This document shows, in pieces, positions 60,444 through 64,000 of a stretch of 64,000 nt of DNA. The DNA is from Phoronis australis (Eukaryota > Animalia > Phoronida), in NCBI GenBank assembly GCA_002633005.1, contig NMRA01000044.1, positions 524,594 to 588,593 of the forward strand, in the 5' to 3' direction. Position numbers and translations under genes: made by a program. Below the pieces are notes generated by a model. The model saw only the letters and a program-made list of their open reading frames with translations, was not told where the DNA came from and made no database searches. Within the stretch, counting starts at the first letter, position 1, and the number at the start of each line of letters is the position of its first letter.

Positions 60444-62348
60444 AATAGCGAATGTGCAAATCTCAATGCGCATGCCCCACACCAGTTCCTCCCTGTTGCA
60501 TTGTGGGATAGTTTGTATGCCTAGCAGCAGCCATGTGAGAGTTTCTACACAGAAGAGATTATTATATTTCAGCTGCCGTTTTTAATTATTAAGACTAGAA
60601 ACGTATGTTAGAAATTCTCAGTATCGTATTAAAATTATAAATTTTTTTAAAAAATTTGTACAATCCAAGACATGTGCTTATAGTTTACCTGGCTCCGGTA
60701 TCCAATCTCCGTACTCAGACTGGCGAATCATACTCAAACTCACACTTCATACTCACCGCACTTCATTGCCGCCAATTTTTAAAGTCCTTCTTACTACGAT
60801 TCCTGGCAACTAGCGAATGCTAATCCCATGTCGATGAGTCATTACAAGGGTCAAAAGAAGCTGTGGGGCGGCGGAGATTTCCGGGATTGAAGTGCGTGTG
60901 CAACTGTTTGTACGGTTTCCTAAGGAAAGTTAATGAAAACAATTTGCTTCCCTGTCAGATTTCACAAAATAGTTTAGTCATCGATAATTCCTCAATCTCC
61001 GAATGATATTCCAGAGTTTTTTTGCCGATTGATGAGTAGACGTCTCGTCCCGTTCACTGATGAACTCTGAATGCCTGCCGTAGTGTTTTTAACTCCGCGC
61101 CAAATGTCAGCTATCTTGATACATCCCTGTAAATTGCAAAGATACAGTATCAAAGTTTTGACATCAGTATAGGCCTACACGGCAATGGGTTGTATGCAAG
61201 AGAGAGCAGGGGTTGACCAGTAACCAAGCAACTGCTGCCCAAATGTCGACTCGGGAGTTTCGGGCTGACGTGGACAATTGGTTTAGGCTACTAGAAAAGA
61301 ACATCACCTCTGGCAATTAATGTACAAACTTTTGAAATTCGACCTCCCGTCAAAGAAAACGTGCAATTCGATCTCTCCCTTAAAAATGTCGGTTGCAAGC
61401 CTGTGATATGGTACCCGACACCCGTACCGGGGTCACCGGCACACCACTGCGTAATGAAAAAGATAATTTCAATATGCCGTCAGTCGTTTGGTGTGACCAT
61501 GCCAATTTTAGGAGTAATGAGTCAAGTGTAGGCCGGGAGGAATGACCTCTGACTAAATCAGACACTCATGAGATTTCGGCTGCTCCACTGCGGCCGACTG
61601 ACTAATTTCTTTGATAAGCTGTTTCAAATTTCTTGAGACATTTTCCGGCGGGAGATAATTAAGGAACTCCAAAAGTAAAGCTTAATAATTGGCAAATGTA
61701 TCAAGAAATGGTAGGAGAATATTGTATTGAACAGTTACAGAACACTCAGCATTCCACGTTATACTCCTGTAATTGTAGCGAGAGCTGACGATAACATAGT
61801 TGCTAGAGTAGTCGATGCGAATATAGGGAGCGCTGAATCAGGGCGACTTTTCTTGGTTTTTCATTTCACTTCATACATGTAACTGAAGAGTTTCATAGCA
61901 ATTCGAGTGCGATTCTCAGATTTGAGTACGTTTGGAGTCTGCTCGAAATGTGACATTAAATACGCTTTTTCGAGTAGGCCTACGACTCCAGTGAGCACGA
62001 TTTTGAGTATAAAATCTCGAGTATGAGTATGAGCATGACGGAGATTGCAGACCGGGCTCTGGAGTCATAGTCGACGGATTTGGGGTGTGGCAACGTTGAC
62101 TTTGTTCATTTCCAAAACATTTCTATACAGTTGCGTGCTTCCTGCACTAGTTACTGATTCGTTTAATATTAATTTTTGAATAAGAATTCAAATGAAATAA
62201 CTTTATTGGCCGCTTCTGTGCTAAATATTCGTTACAACAACACCCGGCAACACTGTACAAAATCGGTTGTCAAGCGATCGAGGCATACATTTCTCATAAT
62301 GCAACTGCGGCGGCAAATTCAAGATGACGGATTGGCACATTCGCTATT
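60444..62348. mobile_element. Unclassified TIR element containing a nested element
   Basis: AATAGCGAATGTGCAAATC vs reverse complement AATAGCGAATGTGCCAATC, with an inner inverted block gttgcatt(g/a)tg. Confidence 0.7.
60692..62058. mobile_element. Nested Harbinger-like non-autonomous element
   Basis: Imperfect TIR ccggt.t.caatctccgt, CTG on both flanks, subterminal catactc/gagtatg repeats. Confidence 0.6.
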
Positions 62349-64000
62349 TTAAGTGGGCATTCGAAATACATGTGGTATCGAGAACAGCTACTGTGTTTCG
62401 TCTAAAGTTGATGAACTTGATTTCATATTATTCAGTCCAGATGCAGTCTTGCACAGGCGTTATCATAAAACTCAAATATATTTATTCATTTGTATGAGAT
62501 ACTAAACCAGAACATATCAAACAAAAGGCATGTTCACACTGGAGACATACCATCCGAGTCTATTTCGTGTACGTGAATGACGTCATGATCTTTCCTCGCG
62601 TTCGGGTCCGCTATGGTTTTTACTGGAGTTTTTGATGAATGGCATCCCATGGTGCTGTAAGCTGAAAGTCTGAAAACGAGTACACATTTTAAAACAGGCA
62701 GAGCTGACATGACTTTTAAAGCTGTTGGCCCCGAAATTGGCGAATAAGACCGCTAAAATTCAAAATACACAGAACTGTCCGTGTCATATACAATATGAAC
62801 TTTGACCAGAGTTAAAAAATCTCCAATGCCGCCTGTACCTGCATTCTCAAATAACAATCGTGGGAAAAATAACCAATGTCTTTGGACAAATCTGATCCGG
62901 TATTAGCGTTACAGAAGTTAAGGACTGGCGTCTCTGGGATTTTCTTGTAGCCGCATCAAAGATAATGATTCGTTTCGATCTATTATATTAAAAACGGTTA
63001 GGCGTCTTATTCGCCAATCTTGTGTCCAGCAACTTAATAATGAAACATGAGCAATGTTTGAGTGAGAATATTCTTGTGTTTGTCAGGGTCATCTCCCAAG
63101 GCGGAAACGAACCCATCCTTTATGTAAAAACATTTTGATTTAGGTCGCTTACTGTATTGAAATTGGTCTCGCCTTGTTCCGTGCTAGGATTATTGATGAT
63201 TTCCAGACTTAAAGAGAACTGACCACGTAGGGTTACATCACGAGAATACGTGAGATGTTGCCGTGCATTTTAAACGAGAACACGTGATTTTGGCTAGATT
63301 TTAGCGAGGACCTAGCGTAGGTCCCAGCGTTACTGAACCCTACCCCAGTTATTATTGCTTGAGACTTGGTGTAATGATTTTTATCACGGCGGGTTAGTTT
63401 CAGTCGTCAAAGGTGTATGACGTCAGAGAAATTACAGGGAATTTATTAAAACTACAGATAAGAACGCGATTGCGTTGTTTTGGAAGAGCAACTGCGCATG
63501 TGAAGACATTTACTGAAGCGCAGGCTCATTGATGTCATTTTGTTGCTAAAAATTGCTCATTGAAATTTGCTATTTATTTCTGATGACATTATAGTACTTG
63601 CTTAACGCTGATTAAAAAATATCAGATTTCCAAACCACACGGTAAATTTGTCACCTGGTTTACTACATGTGTACGTCAAAAGAAGCCAAGAATTTGTCAG
63701 CTGGTTGTCGTTGACTCGCTGAAGGTAACACTGCCTTCGTTGATAGCGGGTCGGTCGAAAAAAAGTTCATTGAACTAAATTAAAGCGGAGTAGCATCTTT
63801 AATTTGGTGGGGATGCCCATGTTTAATTATGTTTCGCACGGTGTAGTAGCAATAGACGCCATGTTAAAAATCATTCTCGATATTTAGTTAGCGTCAAAAT
63901 GACCCTCTTTATTATTTAGGATGGGCAGAAGAGAGATAAATGATTCTTGAGTTTGAGCTTAGTTTCGTCTCCGACTCTCTGCTGGGTTGAATTTCTCAAA

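Overview
AT-rich, intron-rich animal (invertebrate-like) genomic DNA, not prokaryotic. Almost all ORFs in the supplied track are spurious, and the real genes are spliced. Hand reconstruction of GT-AG exons gives three genes. (1) A 5'-incomplete PDZD8 (+, 19 exons, 7824-28878; SMP, split C2, PDZ, C1 and coiled-coil domains). (2) A compact copper chaperone ATOX1 (-, 3 coding exons, 43092->34416, 71 aa, MTCEGC motif), absent from the ORF track. (3) An acid ceramidase ASAH1 (+, 11 exons, 43491-57911) arranged head-to-head with ATOX1 across 398 bp. The 5' exons of ASAH1 are intact, but exon 9 has two stops, a 1-nt phase error and loss of the catalytic Asn. Three of the four single-N positions (6051, 20388, 49154) join near-identical tandem copies that are probably two haplotypes. 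These copies expose a polymorphic transposon insertion and an 868-bp deletion. Introns carry Kolobok-, pogo/Tc2- and Harbinger-like non-autonomous elements, an RNase H LINE fragment, a tRNA-like repeat, minisatellites and a hairpin array. The most notable observations are the ATOX1/ASAH1 bidirectional promoter with an M-box, the 3'-restricted decay of ASAH1, and a 33-bp repeat that multiplies an in-frame PDZD8 splice donor five times. No CRISPR, rRNA or prokaryote-type system is supported. All coordinates and identities were read by eye.
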